The notes below the pieces were generated by a model. The model was not told where the DNA came from, ran no database searches, and saw only the letters and a program-made list of their open reading frames with translations. A stretch of DNA of 63,853 nucleotides, filler included, from Octopus bimaculoides (taxonomy: Eukaryota): NCBI RefSeq assembly GCF_001194135.2. It is 7 parts of 6 records of this genome, joined end to end, with 100 filler letters (N's around TTAATTAATTAA, not from the genome) between each part and the next. Parts side by side here need not be neighbours in the genome. Positions count along the whole stretch, not along the records: positions 62,171 to 63,853 come from NC_068982.1; 6 more parts are not named here. One strand, given 5' to 3'. This document shows positions 63,691-63,853 of the stretch, in pieces. Made by a program: the position numbers and the translations under genes. Positions within the stretch are counted from its first letter, which is position 1. The number at the start of each line of letters is the position of its first letter.

Positions 63691-63853
63691 GCTAAAAGGG
63701 ATTACCCTGCTTTGTATAATCAGGGCAGCGCAAAAAGTTGTTTTGCACAAGCATTTCTATAGCCAATTAGACGGATGAAATTTACATACGCTTAATAATT
63801 TTACGCAAAACAGCCTTCAGACTTTCCCTATTAATTTCATCATCTTTTGAATT

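Overview
AT-rich, microsatellite-saturated, gap-riddled animal genomic DNA. The SINE families, LINE types and repeat landscape point to a cephalopod, most likely an octopus draft assembly (inference). No intact host protein-coding gene is recognisable, and most entries in the ORF track are translations of simple repeats or N-gaps. The window is mainly decayed mobile elements: two Penelope-like (PLE) fragments head-to-head, a Helitron Rep remnant plus two non-autonomous Helitron 5' ends, a near-full-length piggyBac, a DD37D maT transposon, mariner remnants and MITEs, RTE, CR1 and R4/Dong-like LINE fragments, and about 20 tRNA-derived SINE copies from several families. The most striking unannotated signal is six minimal type I hammerhead-ribozyme motifs (CUGAnGA-stem II-GAAA-short palindromic stem III-NUH). 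Two lie downstream of the PLE GIY-YIG domains and four in small ORF-less modules next to microsatellites. Other items of note are a 42-bp target-site duplication around the R4/Dong-like insertion, an interstitial (TTAGGG)n array with higher-order variant units, a YY1/CRE/CCAAT promoter-like island at 55.6 kb, and six artificial 44N-TTAATTAATTAA-44N scaffold linkers.
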